A program made the translations under genes and the position numbers. From an uncultured delta proteobacterium (GTDB taxonomy: Bacteria; Myxococcota_A; Polyangia; Haliangiales; Haliangiaceae), in the NCBI GenBank assembly GCA_963848295.1, contig CAWKDB010000010.1, forward strand, positions 2,112,001 to 2,176,000: a DNA stretch of 64,000 nt, in the 5' to 3' direction. Shown piece after piece: positions 12,082-21,588 of this stretch. Every line of letters starts with the position of its first letter. Position 1 is the stretch's first letter. The notes below the pieces were generated by a model that did not search any database, had not been told where the DNA came from, and worked only from the letters and a program-made list of their open reading frames with translations.

Positions 12082-13353
12082 ATGGCGGGGAACAAGGGCA
12101 AGGGTAAGCGCGCGCCACGACCGCGAGCGAAACGCGCCGGCGCGAAACGCGAGGCGCCGAAGGCCAGGCCGACACCGAAGCCGAAGGCGAAAAAAAAGCC
12201 GGCAACCGCCGCGACTGCCGCGCCGCCGCGCAAGAAATCACCAACGACGAAGCCGCCGATCGCCGCGACCCCCACCGGGCCCCGTGAACGCGGGCAGCGG
12301 GCGCGCACCGCGCGCGAATTCGCGATGCGCTCGTCGCCGGTGGTCGAGATCCTCGACGACGAGCATCCGATCGGCGCGCTCCGCCGGTTTCTCGACAGCG
12401 TCAAAGGCGCGGCGTCGCCACAGCAAGCCCAGATCGCGCTCGGTTCGGCGCAGCTGATGCTGTTGCCGATCGCGCGCGAGAATCGCGGCGGGCGCGAGGT
12501 CAAAGAGCTGGTCGATCTGATCCTCGAGCGCTGGCAGGACTTCGGTGATCGCCGCACCGGATTTCACGCGCAGGAGTTTCTGCGCAACGCGTTCGCAGCG
12601 GTCGGCGTCGATCGCGAGCGGATCGCGCGGCTCGAGGGCTTCATCCCGCCGACCGCGAATGGCGAGCTGCTGTTCAACGTCGCGGCGGCTCACGCGGTCG
12701 CACGTGACAAGGTCGCGATGGTGCGCGCGGTCGAACGCGCTCTCGAAGCGGGCGTCACCGCGACCGAGATGCGCCGCGATCGCGACTTCGCCCCGTACCT
12801 GCAAGATCCGGATTTCATCCGCGTGCTCGCACGCGCCGATCTGCCGGCGATCCCGGTCCACGTCGAACCGTACGTCCCGCACGTACGCGCCGCGCTCGAA
12901 TCGTTGATCGACACCCTGCGCGAGCTCGGCCAACGGACCGAGCTCCACCCGCCGGCGTCGGTCGGCACGATCATCGACGTCGAGCGTGCCCGCAAGATCG
13001 CGCTGCCGAACGACTACCGCGCGCTGCTCGCGCTGACCAACGGCATGATCGTGTGGGACCACGCGTTCTTCGGCACCTCCGACTATCGCGATCCGACCGA
13101 GCTGTCGCTCCGCGCGCAGCGGTTCGCGCAGGTGTCGGCGAATGCCGGCGCGACCGGCATCGAAGAGTGCGTGCCGCTAGCGAGCTGGGGTACGCCGAAC
13201 GACTGGCTGCTGTTCGATCGCCGGGGTCGGCTGCGCGGAGGCGAGCCCGGCTACGTGCTCGTCATCGACTCCGAAGAGCGCCCGATCGAAGACCTGCGCG
13301 CCGCGCTCGGCTACCTCGAGAACACCGCGCGCGACCTGCTCGGGACGAACTGA
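12082..13353 (+). CDS. Protein with basic N-terminus, TPR-like segment and C-terminal SMI1/KNR4 (SUKH) domain
   Basis: LHPPAS...ERARKIALPNDYRALLALTNG is typical of SMI1/KNR4; FNVAAAHA...DRDFAPY...DPDF resembles a TPR cap. Confidence 0.75.
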   Translation: MAGNKGKGKRAPRPRAKRAGAKREAPKARPTPKPKAKKKPATAATAAPPRKKSPTTKPPIAATPTGPRERGQRARTAREFAMRSSPVVEILDDEHPIGALRRFLDSVKGAASPQQAQIALGSAQLMLLPIARENRGGREVKELVDLILERWQDFGDRRTGFHAQEFLRNAFAAVGVDRERIARLEGFIPPTANGELLFNVAAAHAVARDKVAMVRAVERALEAGVTATEMRRDRDFAPYLQDPDFIRVLARADLPAIPVHVEPYVPHVRAALESLIDTLRELGQRTELHPPASVGTIIDVERARKIALPNDYRALLALTNGMIVWDHAFFGTSDYRDPTELSLRAQRFAQVSANAGATGIEECVPLASWGTPNDWLLFDRRGRLRGGEPGYVLVIDSEERPIEDLRAALGYLENTARDLLGTN

Positions 13354-13472
13354 TCGACTGCGGTCGGTTCGCGGCACTGCCGGAGCGCGGGTCCGACCTC
13401 GACGCAGATGTAAGCAAACCGTCGACGGCGTTACCTCGGCGATGCTTACCGAGATCATGTTAGCGTGGTGAC

Positions 13473-14279
13473 ATGCGGGCCATTGCGATCAGCTTGATCC
13501 TCGCCGCAGGTTGCGGCCGTTTGGGGTTCGGCGATGAGGGCGGCGGCAGTCCCGGCGGCGGCGGCGGTGGAACCGGCGGGACCGGCCTGTCGAACAACCC
13601 GAACGATCCGGGCACGCTGAACGACGGTCTCGTCGCGCAGATCGGGTTCGACGGTACGCTCACCGACAACGTCAGCTCGAACGACGCGGAGTGCAGCGGG
13701 GCCGAGTGTCCGGACTTCGAGCCTGGCATCGGCGGCGAAGCCGCGGTGTTCGACGGCTCGGCGACCTGCGTGCACGTGCCATGGCTGACGAGCTGGACGC
13801 CGTCGAGCTACACGATCGCCGCGTGGATCAACCCGACGTCGATGAGCGCTCCGATCGTCGTTCGCGAGCACGACACGTCATGTCCGAGCCCGTCGATGGA
13901 GAGCTCCGACTCCGCGGTCGGCTTTGTCGGCACGACCGCCGCGACGACGCATCAAGAAGCATGGACGAACACCTCGATGCTCTCGAACAATCACTGGACC
14001 CACGTCGCGATCGCGTTCGACGGCGCGAACCAGCAGGTCTACGTCGGCGGCGCGTGCCAGTGCCAGATAACGCCCGCGATCCGGTTCGACTACACGAGCT
14101 ACGAGGTCACGATCGGCTGCTATCCCGCCGCCGGCACCTGGTACGGCGGGGCGATCAGCGACGTCCGGATCTACGATCGCACGCTCGACAAGGCAGAGCT
14201 CGTGGCGCTGGCGTCGGAGGACGGCTCGTCGCCGACCCCGGCCGACTGCACCGCGGTGTGCGGCGTGAATGCTCCGTAG
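13473..14279 (+). CDS. LamG/concanavalin-like domain lipoprotein (CGRLGF N-terminus)
   Basis: Lipobox AAGC; YTIAAWINP, WTHVAIAFDG and GAISDVRIYDRTL motifs. Confidence 0.88.
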   Translation: MRAIAISLILAAGCGRLGFGDEGGGSPGGGGGGTGGTGLSNNPNDPGTLNDGLVAQIGFDGTLTDNVSSNDAECSGAECPDFEPGIGGEAAVFDGSATCVHVPWLTSWTPSSYTIAAWINPTSMSAPIVVREHDTSCPSPSMESSDSAVGFVGTTAATTHQEAWTNTSMLSNNHWTHVAIAFDGANQQVYVGGACQCQITPAIRFDYTSYEVTIGCYPAAGTWYGGAISDVRIYDRTLDKAELVALASEDGSSPTPADCTAVCGVNAP

Positions 14280-14301
14280 TTAGGCCGCTAGGAGCGGCAC
14301 A

Positions 14302-14337
14302 AGGAGGGTCCCGAAGCGCTACGCGCTTCACCCTCCT
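14302..14337. terminator. Hairpin between convergent genes
   Basis: AGGAGGGT-ccc-GAAGCGC-tac-GCGCTTC-ACCCTCCT. Confidence 0.55.
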
Positions 14338-15103
14338 AGCCGAACTGGACCGAGCGCTTCGTCATCGGCGAGCCCATCCAGAACCCGGTGATCGGGAACG
14401 TCACGCTCGCGCCGTCCGCAGCCGCGCCGAGCGCCACGACGACCGGCACGAAGTGCTCGTGGGTCGGCAATGCCTCGCGCACGCCCGGGGCCTTCGCGCG
14501 GTAATCGAGCACCGCATCGACGTCGCGTCGCGCGAGGACCTCGGCGCACCAACCGTCGAACTCGCGCGCCCAACCGGGCAGCGGCCGGGTCTGCATCGCG
14601 CGCAGGTTGTGGGTCAAAAAGCCGCTGCCGACGATCAGCACGCCTTCGCGCCGCAGCTCGCCGAGCGCGCGCCCGACCTCGAACAACTGGCTAGGCTCGA
14701 GCGACGGCAACGAGATCTGGAGCACCGGTACATCGGCCTGGGGGTACATGCAGATCAGCGGGATGTACGAGCCGTGGTCCTGGCCGCGCTCGGGCTCGTC
14801 GTGAAACGCGATTCCGGCGCCGCCGAGCAGCTCGCGGACGCGCGCGGCGAGCTCCGGTGCGCCCGGGCTCTCGTACTGCAAGCGATAGAACCGCTCCGGG
14901 AAGCCGTAGAAGTCGTAGATCAGCGGCCGCGGCGCCGTCGCGCCGATCGCGAGCGGTCGCTGTTCCCAATGCGCCGAGATCATCAGGATCGAGCGGGGCT
15001 TGCCGAGCGCCTTGGCCCACGCGGCGAGCTCGCCGACCCATGCGGCGTCGTCGAGCAGCATCGGCGCGCCGTGCGCCATGAACACCACGGGCAGGTCGGT
15101 CAT
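14336..15103 (-). CDS. Class III extradiol dioxygenase (DODA/YgiD-like)
   Basis: FMAHGAP, SAHW, IYDFYGFP, RGQDHG, GSGFLTHNL and PTHEHFVP motifs. Confidence 0.92.
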   Translation of the reverse strand: MTDLPVVFMAHGAPMLLDDAAWVGELAAWAKALGKPRSILMISAHWEQRPLAIGATAPRPLIYDFYGFPERFYRLQYESPGAPELAARVRELLGGAGIAFHDEPERGQDHGSYIPLICMYPQADVPVLQISLPSLEPSQLFEVGRALGELRREGVLIVGSGFLTHNLRAMQTRPLPGWAREFDGWCAEVLARRDVDAVLDYRAKAPGVREALPTHEHFVPVVVALGAAADGASVTFPITGFWMGSPMTKRSVQFG

Positions 15104-15882
15104 GACTCGGTTTGCTTGCGCACGATGTCGGATAGCACGTCGAGCAGCGCTTGCGAGTCCTGGCCCTTGCGCAGCATCGGTCGCCCGGGAGCGACCGTGC
15201 CGGCATCGTCGAGGTCGCCCTCCGAGAGAAAGACGATCCGCTCGATCAGGTGCGGCTTCTGCGTCACGATCCACCGGAAGATCTCGGCGCCCGAGCCATC
15301 GTGCATCGCCCAGTCGCTGACGATCACCTTGAAGTCGTCACGCTCGAGTGCCGCGATCGCCGCGTTGCCGCTCTCGACTTGAGTCACGGCATAGCCCGCG
15401 TCGTCGAGAAACCCGGTCATCACATCGATCAGCACGGGCTCGTCTTCGGCGAGCAGTAGCGTGGGGCGCGTATCGACGAGCACCGGCACGCTGCCCGATG
15501 ACACCCGCACGCGGCGGACGGCCGCTCGGGCGACGCGCACGATCTCTTCGGGCTCGGCGAGCGGCACCGCGAGGCACCGCCCGCCGACGATCGAGTCGAA
15601 CTCGGGCGGTACTTCTTCGGCGATGAACACGAACTGGCCGCGCAGATCGGCGCGATGGCCCAGCGCCCAGCGATAGAGCTCGCCGCCCATCGGGTGCGAG
15701 GTGTCCCACGGGACCACGATCGCGCCGATCGTGCGGCTGCCTTCGAGCAGCGTTTGCGCCCGAAACGCGGTCGCGGCGGGAATCACGTCGAAGTCGCCCG
15801 CCTCGAACCAGCGGATCAGAACATCTAGCACCTCGCCGTCGCCGTGGATCACCAACGCGCTGGGTCGGCCCGACGACGACAC
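15100..15882 (-). CDS. Response regulator with a degenerate and an intact receiver domain
   Basis: C-terminal LLAEDEP...IVSDWAM-x2-G-x-G...LRK; N-terminal REC-like segment lacks the acidic pocket. Confidence 0.8.
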   Translation of the reverse strand: MSSSGRPSALVIHGDGEVLDVLIRWFEAGDFDVIPAATAFRAQTLLEGSRTIGAIVVPWDTSHPMGGELYRWALGHRADLRGQFVFIAEEVPPEFDSIVGGRCLAVPLAEPEEIVRVARAAVRRVRVSSGSVPVLVDTRPTLLLAEDEPVLIDVMTGFLDDAGYAVTQVESGNAAIAALERDDFKVIVSDWAMHDGSGAEIFRWIVTQKPHLIERIVFLSEGDLDDAGTVAPGRPMLRKGQDSQALLDVLSDIVRKQTES

Positions 15883-15964
15883 AACCCCACTATAGCCAAA
15901 TCGTGCGGATTGGCGCCGGATCGCGTTTGATTTAGTGTCCTCTGCCCCCTAGGCTTCGGACCAT

Positions 15965-17764
15965 ATGCGACGTTTGTTCTTGCTCGGGCTGGCGGCCTGT
16001 TCTGGCGCCGGCATGCGACCGGTGGCGAAGGTGAAACCGGCACTCCCGGTCGGCGACGCCAAGCTCGAGCTCCCGGACATCCCGGCCAAGATCGACGTGA
16101 CGACGAGCGCGCCGACCGAGGACAACTCGCCCGACAAGCGCTCGCCGATCCTCGACATCATGCGCACGGAGAACGAGCGCGAGCTCGCGCTGCTCAAGGA
16201 ACAACCCGATCCGGCGTACTACCTCGGCTATCAGATCGTCGAGCAACGGATCGTCGCGATCGAAGCCGAGGGCGGCGCGGTGGTCGCCGATAGCGACGAC
16301 ACGACGCGCAACCTCGATGCCGAGGTCCGGGTCGGCTCGCCGAAGCTCGACAACACGCGCCAGCTGTCCGACGACACGAACGGGCTCAACGCGCCGTACA
16401 GCCGCCGCGGCATCGTGCCCTTCGGCGACGACAAGCAGGCGATCTCCGACGCGCTGTGGCTCGAGACCGATCGCCGCTATCACGAAGCGGTCCAGGCCCT
16501 TGGCTACGTTCGCCAGGACCAATCGACGCTGTCGAGCCAGACCAAGCGCACGAACGAGCCCGACTTCTCGGCGGAGCCGGTCGAGACCTACGTCGAACCG
16601 CCGGCGCGGCTCGAGTTCGACAAGGCGCAGTGGGTCGAGCGACTCAAGCGCTGCTCGGCGAAGGCGCTCAAGGGCGACGCGACGCGCGGCTCGTGCGGTG
16701 TCGTGTTCCAGCTCAACACCAGCTACTTCGTGAACAGCGAAGGCAGCGTGATCCAGCAATCGTGGACGAACGCGCAGCTGTCGGTGTCGGTCGGCGTCAA
16801 GGCCGACGACGGCATGAGCCTATCGCGCCTCGAGCAGCGGTTCGGCCGCACGCCCGGCGATCTGCCTGGCGACGCCGAGGTCGATAAGATGATCAAGACG
16901 GTCACCGAGGATCTCGACGCGCTCCACGACGCGCCGCTCGCAGAGCCGTACGTCGGACCGGCGATCCTCGAGGGCCGCGCCGCCGGTGTGTTCTTTCACG
17001 AGGTGTTCGGCCATCGCATCGAAGGCCATCGCCAGAAAGATCTGACGAGCGGCCAGACGTTCGCGAGCTACATCGGCAAGGACATCGCGCCGGAGTGGCT
17101 GTCGGTCTACGACGACCCGCAGCTCGTCACGCTCAACGGCATCCAGCTCAACGGGTTCTATCGGTTCGACGATGAGGGCGTGCGCGCACGTCACGTCAAC
17201 CTCATCGATCACGGCAAGCTCGTCGGCTTCGACATGGGGCGCAACCCGATCGCCGGCTTCCCGCATTCGAACGGCCATGGCCGGCGGTCGCCGGGCCTGC
17301 CGCCGGTCGCGCGCCAGGGCAACCTCGTCGTCGAGGCCGCGAAGAGCGTGCCGCGCGCGGAGCTCGAGAGGATGCTGATCGATCAGATCAAGAAGCAGAA
17401 CCGCCCGTACGGGATGATCTTCACCGACATCAGCGGCGGGTTCACGAACACCTCGGCGTTCGCGCCGCAGGCGTTCAAGGTCAATCCGGTGATGGCGTAT
17501 CGGCTCTACCCCGACGGTCACAAACAGCTCGTGCGCGGCATCGACATCAGCGGCACGCCGCTCGTCGCGTTGCAATCGATCCGCGCCGCGAGCCGCGAGG
17601 TCGAGACGTTCAACGGCGTGTGCGGCGCGGAGAGCGGTTGGGTGCCGGTGTCGGCGTCGGCGCCGAGCCTGTTGCTCGACAAGATCGAGGTCGAGAAGAG
17701 CTTCGTCCCGCCCGATCGACCCCCGGTGCTCAACGCGCCGGACATCAGGCAGGTGGCGCCATGA
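15965..17764 (+). CDS. TldD-family metallopeptidase with lipoprotein signal
   Basis: HEVFGH zinc motif; DDP, FDDEGV, SNGHGRR, RQGN and GVCG motifs; lipobox LAAC. Confidence 0.88.
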   Translation: MRRLFLLGLAACSGAGMRPVAKVKPALPVGDAKLELPDIPAKIDVTTSAPTEDNSPDKRSPILDIMRTENERELALLKEQPDPAYYLGYQIVEQRIVAIEAEGGAVVADSDDTTRNLDAEVRVGSPKLDNTRQLSDDTNGLNAPYSRRGIVPFGDDKQAISDALWLETDRRYHEAVQALGYVRQDQSTLSSQTKRTNEPDFSAEPVETYVEPPARLEFDKAQWVERLKRCSAKALKGDATRGSCGVVFQLNTSYFVNSEGSVIQQSWTNAQLSVSVGVKADDGMSLSRLEQRFGRTPGDLPGDAEVDKMIKTVTEDLDALHDAPLAEPYVGPAILEGRAAGVFFHEVFGHRIEGHRQKDLTSGQTFASYIGKDIAPEWLSVYDDPQLVTLNGIQLNGFYRFDDEGVRARHVNLIDHGKLVGFDMGRNPIAGFPHSNGHGRRSPGLPPVARQGNLVVEAAKSVPRAELERMLIDQIKKQNRPYGMIFTDISGGFTNTSAFAPQAFKVNPVMAYRLYPDGHKQLVRGIDISGTPLVALQSIRAASREVETFNGVCGAESGWVPVSASAPSLLLDKIEVEKSFVPPDRPPVLNAPDIRQVAP

Positions 17765-19599
17765 AGCTCGCCGTCATCGTCGCGTTGTGCGCGCTCGTGC
17801 CCGCCGCGCCCGCGCTCGCGAAGAAGCCACCGCCGCCAGCGCCGGCACCGGCACAGGTCGGCGGCCCATCTCGCGCGGTCACGCAGGACATCCTCGACGC
17901 GATCGCCGAGGAGATGAACCGTGCGATGACCAAGCTCCAGATCGACGGAGCGCCGCGACCGTACAGCATCTCGTACAAGATCACCGAGGTAGACGTGAAC
18001 GACGTCGCCGCGAGCTTCGGGTACACGACCTCGCGGCGCAATCGCCACTTCGTCAGCCTCGAGGCGCGCGTGCGCGTCGGCTCGGCCGATTTCGATAACG
18101 GCAACTTCGTCGTGCCGGAAGCGCCCGAGATCGACGGCATGTTCACGATCAACTTGCCGCTCGAAGCGACGCCGCGCATCGCCCGGCGGGCCGCGTGGCT
18201 CGTCACCGACACCGCGTACAAAGAGGCGCTGGTCCAGCTGCGCGCGAAGCTCGAGGCGCGCAAGGCCGGCAGCTTGCCCAGCACCGGCGTGCCGGCGTGG
18301 ACCACCGAGAAGCCGGTCGTCGGTGACGACCCGGTGCTCGTCGCTCCGCTCGAGTCCCTCGACGAGCTCGAGACGCGCGCCAAGGCGATCTCCTCGGTGT
18401 TCCGCGACCAACCGGCGCTGCGCGACGCGCGGGTCAGCATGACCAGCTATCTCGAACGACGCTGGTACCTGACGACCGAAGGCACGAGCGTGACCGATAC
18501 CCGGCGCGCGACGGGTATCGTCATCGATGCCGCCGGCCTCGCCAGCGACGGCCAGCTGCTCCATCAGTACCTGTTGCGCTACGGCCGCACCGCGAAGGAT
18601 CTGCCGAGCGACGACGAGCTCGAGGCCGAGTCGAAGAAGCTCGCCGAAGGCGTCGTCCAGCTCGCGAAGGCGCCGGTGTTCGAGGCGTACAGCGGCCCGG
18701 TGCTGTTCGAGGGCGAAGGCGCGGTCGGGCTCGTCCGGTTCTCGCTCGCGCCGAACCTCGGCGGCACCCCGGTGCCCGAGGGCCTCAACCCGCAAGACGC
18801 GAAGCAGTTCGGCGGCGCGTTCGCCGGCAAGATCGGGTTGCGTCCGTTATCGCCGCAGCTGTCGATCGTCGACGATCCGACGGTGAGCGTCGGCGCCGGC
18901 AAGTCGCTGATCGGCGGCTACAAGATCGATGATGAAGGTGTCGCCGCACAGCGCGTCCAGGTCGTCAAGGACGGCACGCTCAAGGCGCTGCTGACGAGCC
19001 GTACGCCGTCGGAGCGCGGCCAGAGCTCGAACGGTCACGCGCGATGCTCGGTCGAGGGTGGCGCGTTCCACGGTTGCGCGACGAACCTGTTCGTGTCCGC
19101 GAAGGGCAGCGTGCCCCGCGCGCAGCTCGAGCGGCAGCTGATCGCGGCCGCGCGCTCGGAGAATCTCAAGTACGGCCTGATCATCCGCCAGCTCGACGAT
19201 GCGGCGATCACCGCGGCCCCCGAGTTCTCGCGCCGCGAGCTCGTGCAGATGTACAAGACCACCGATCCGCAGCTACCCCCGCCGGCGCTCGTCGCGTACC
19301 GGCTGTATCCGAACGGCAAGCGCGAGCTCGTGCGCGGCGTCCAGCTCACCGACCTCCCGATCAGCATCTGGAAGAACGTGATCGGCACGAGCAAAGAGCT
19401 CACGGCCTATAACTTCCTCGTGGCGACCGAGCCCCAGCTCGCCTTGCGGCTGTCCGGCGGCACCGACGATGGCTACGTGCCGTCGGGCGGCTTCGAGAGC
19501 GCGATCGTGACGCCCGATCTGCTGATCAAAGACGTCGACGTCGTCGGTAGCAGCGGCGGCGCGCGATCGCAGCCGATCGTGCCGAAGCCGACGAAGTGA
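17761..19599 (+). CDS. PmbA/TldE-like partner subunit with Sec signal peptide
   Basis: DDPT, DDEGV, SNGHAR and ELVRG motifs; no HExxxH; ATGA overlap with the upstream gene. Confidence 0.82.
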   Translation: MKLAVIVALCALVPAAPALAKKPPPPAPAPAQVGGPSRAVTQDILDAIAEEMNRAMTKLQIDGAPRPYSISYKITEVDVNDVAASFGYTTSRRNRHFVSLEARVRVGSADFDNGNFVVPEAPEIDGMFTINLPLEATPRIARRAAWLVTDTAYKEALVQLRAKLEARKAGSLPSTGVPAWTTEKPVVGDDPVLVAPLESLDELETRAKAISSVFRDQPALRDARVSMTSYLERRWYLTTEGTSVTDTRRATGIVIDAAGLASDGQLLHQYLLRYGRTAKDLPSDDELEAESKKLAEGVVQLAKAPVFEAYSGPVLFEGEGAVGLVRFSLAPNLGGTPVPEGLNPQDAKQFGGAFAGKIGLRPLSPQLSIVDDPTVSVGAGKSLIGGYKIDDEGVAAQRVQVVKDGTLKALLTSRTPSERGQSSNGHARCSVEGGAFHGCATNLFVSAKGSVPRAQLERQLIAAARSENLKYGLIIRQLDDAAITAAPEFSRRELVQMYKTTDPQLPPPALVAYRLYPNGKRELVRGVQLTDLPISIWKNVIGTSKELTAYNFLVATEPQLALRLSGGTDDGYVPSGGFESAIVTPDLLIKDVDVVGSSGGARSQPIVPKPTK

Positions 19600-20150
19600 C
19601 CGCGATCCGGGTCCATGCGGTCGAGCCGCGCAGCCGCGCGAACGGACCGGGCGCGCGGTTCGTCGTGTGGTTCCAAGGCTGCACGCTCGGCTGCGCCGGC
19701 TGCTTCAACCCGGCGACCCACGAGGCCGGTGGCCGCGAGCTGACCGTCGCCGAGCTCGCCGCGCAGATCCCCGCCGATGTCGAGGGCGTCTCGCTGTCCG
19801 GTGGCGAGCCGTTGCAGCAGCCGATCGCCGCCGCGGCGCTGCTCGAGGCTGCGCGCGCCCGGGGGCTGTCGACGCTCGCGTTCTCGGGCTACGCTCTCGA
19901 CGAGATCCGCGCACTGCCAGGTGGCGACGCGGTGCTCGCGAACCTCGACGTCCTGATCGACGGCCGCTACGTCGCGGGTGAACGGCTCGCGACTGGGCTG
20001 CGCGGCTCGGCGAACCAGCGCATCCAGCTGTTGACCGCGCGCTACTCGCTCGCCGACGTCGAGGCGACCCCGATCGCCGAGATCCGGATCGCGCGCGACG
20101 GCGAGCTCGTGCTCACCGGCGTCGATCCGCTCAAGCTCAAGCGGCTCTGA
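19596..20150 (+). CDS. Small radical SAM protein (NrdG-like activase family)
   Basis: NGPG-x-RFVVWFQGCTLGCAGCFNP (CxxxCxxC); SGGEPLQQ, DVLIDGRY and RGSANQ motifs. Confidence 0.9.
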   Translation: MTAIRVHAVEPRSRANGPGARFVVWFQGCTLGCAGCFNPATHEAGGRELTVAELAAQIPADVEGVSLSGGEPLQQPIAAAALLEAARARGLSTLAFSGYALDEIRALPGGDAVLANLDVLIDGRYVAGERLATGLRGSANQRIQLLTARYSLADVEATPIAEIRIARDGELVLTGVDPLKLKRL

Positions 20151-20163
20151 GAAGGCCAGCGAG

Positions 20164-20751
20164 CTAGAACTGCCCGGACAGCGACACCCCCGGCGCGAGG
20201 CTACCGTCGCGCGCGCGGATCGGCACGACCGATAGCTGCGCGGACACGCCGTGCTCGCGATTGTAGCGGTCGATCGCGCGCGGCGCGGTCGCGATCTCGT
20301 AGGTCGCTCCCGCGAGGTAGACGATGCCACCGGCGGCAAACGCGAGATACGGCAGTGGATCGGGACCGGCGTCGCCACCGCGGCGGTCGTACGCGAGAGC
20401 GAACGCGACGCCGGCGCCGGCGATGCCGAGGCCTGCGAGCCGGATCGCGGTGCCGCCGTTCCAGAACCGACCGGCATAGGCGCTGCCGAGCGACGGCCCG
20501 ACGAGCAACGCGGCGCTCCCGACCGCGATCAGCGGCGGCTGAAGCCATTGTTCGTTGGGATACGCCTGCGGCCGGATCCCGATGTCGGCGGCGACCAGCA
20601 CGAGACCGAGCCCACCCAGCGTCGTGCTGAGCGACATCCATAGCGCGGTCGAGCGATCCTTATGCGGCCCGCGCGCCGGGGTTTCACCCGGCGGCTCCGC
20701 GGCCGCGACCGTGGAACAAAGCATGGCGAGGGCGAGGATGAAGTTGCGCAT
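20164..20751 (-). CDS. Hypothetical membrane protein
   Basis: Signal peptide, about 4 hydrophobic segments, GPSLG-x2-YAG, C-terminal GVSLSGQF. Confidence 0.75.
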   Translation of the reverse strand: MRNFILALAMLCSTVAAAEPPGETPARGPHKDRSTALWMSLSTTLGGLGLVLVAADIGIRPQAYPNEQWLQPPLIAVGSAALLVGPSLGSAYAGRFWNGGTAIRLAGLGIAGAGVAFALAYDRRGGDAGPDPLPYLAFAAGGIVYLAGATYEIATAPRAIDRYNREHGVSAQLSVVPIRARDGSLAPGVSLSGQF

Positions 20752-20763
20752 GCCCGGCTGTTT

Positions 20764-20779
20764 CGCAACCGCTGCGCCA
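20764..20779 (-). promoter_or_regulatory. Candidate sigma54 (-24/-12) promoter
   Basis: Minus strand TGGCGCAGCGGTTGCG has GG-N10-GC spacing, 12 nt before the ATG at 20751. Confidence 0.5.
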
Positions 20780-20890
20780 GTCGCCGATCGAGCGTAATCG
20801 AGCACTTGCCAGGCGCCCGCTCGCGCACGCTCCGGCCGCTCGCGACACATCTGTCGTGGCGACGCGAGTTGCTAGTTCGTTTGGGTCCTC

Positions 20891-21586
20891 TTACGAGACG
20901 ACGCCGTAGACGTTCTTCGCGTGGCGCTGGATCTCGATCGAGTCGCGGAGCTGCTCGAACAGCTGGCGCGAGGCCGGCATGCCGACGATCTCCATGTCGG
21001 GGTTCGTCGGGTCCTGCGCGACGACCTCGACGTGCGCGATCCCGAGGATGCGATCGACGAGGTTCTGCTTGTAGACGACGTCGCGGATTCGCCACAGCTG
21101 CAGCACGTCGATCCGCTTCGACAACAAGCCGCGCTCGAACTCGATCACCGTGGTCGTGACCCGGAACTTCATCGACTTGCGATAGAACGTGACCGCGAAG
21201 CCGAACACCGTGGCGACGGCCAGCGGGATGATGACGTTGAGGAACCGCGTCTTGACCCCAGCATCGGTGCCCGAGGCCATGTTGAGGATCGCGATGAGGA
21301 TCAGCGCGCCGACCCCGGCCATCAGATAGTGGCCGACGTAGGCCTTCCACGACGGGCTGCCCTCGTAGATCGTCTTGCGCTCGATGCCGTGCTCGTCGAC
21401 ATTAGGTCTGGCTTTCGCGAACGGCGCCTTGCCCGCTTGCTCGAGCTTCGGCGCGGGATCGGCGGGCGCGGGCTTGTCCGCCGCCGGAGCGGCCGCGGCC
21501 GGTGCGGCGCTCAGAAACGATCCGCAGAACCTGCACTTGATCGCCTCGTCCTGGATCTCCTCGGCGCAGAACGGACACTTCTTCAT
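20891..21586 (-). CDS. Zn-ribbon, two TM segments and bacterial PH (bPH_2-like) domain protein
   Basis: [12 protein letters not shown]5-KCRFCG; two TMs; ERGLLSKR...[19 protein letters not shown]. Confidence 0.85.
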   Translation of the reverse strand: MKKCPFCAEEIQDEAIKCRFCGSFLSAAPAAAAPAADKPAPADPAPKLEQAGKAPFAKARPNVDEHGIERKTIYEGSPSWKAYVGHYLMAGVGALILIAILNMASGTDAGVKTRFLNVIIPLAVATVFGFAVTFYRKSMKFRVTTTVIEFERGLLSKRIDVLQLWRIRDVVYKQNLVDRILGIAHVEVVAQDPTNPDMEIVGMPASRQLFEQLRDSIEIQRHAKNVYGVVS

Positions 21587-21588
21587 CG

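Noticed and set aside
15965..20150. RiPP biosynthetic cluster
   Set aside because: No precursor peptide, YcaO or RRE/SPASM domain seen; the radical SAM protein is a short activase type.
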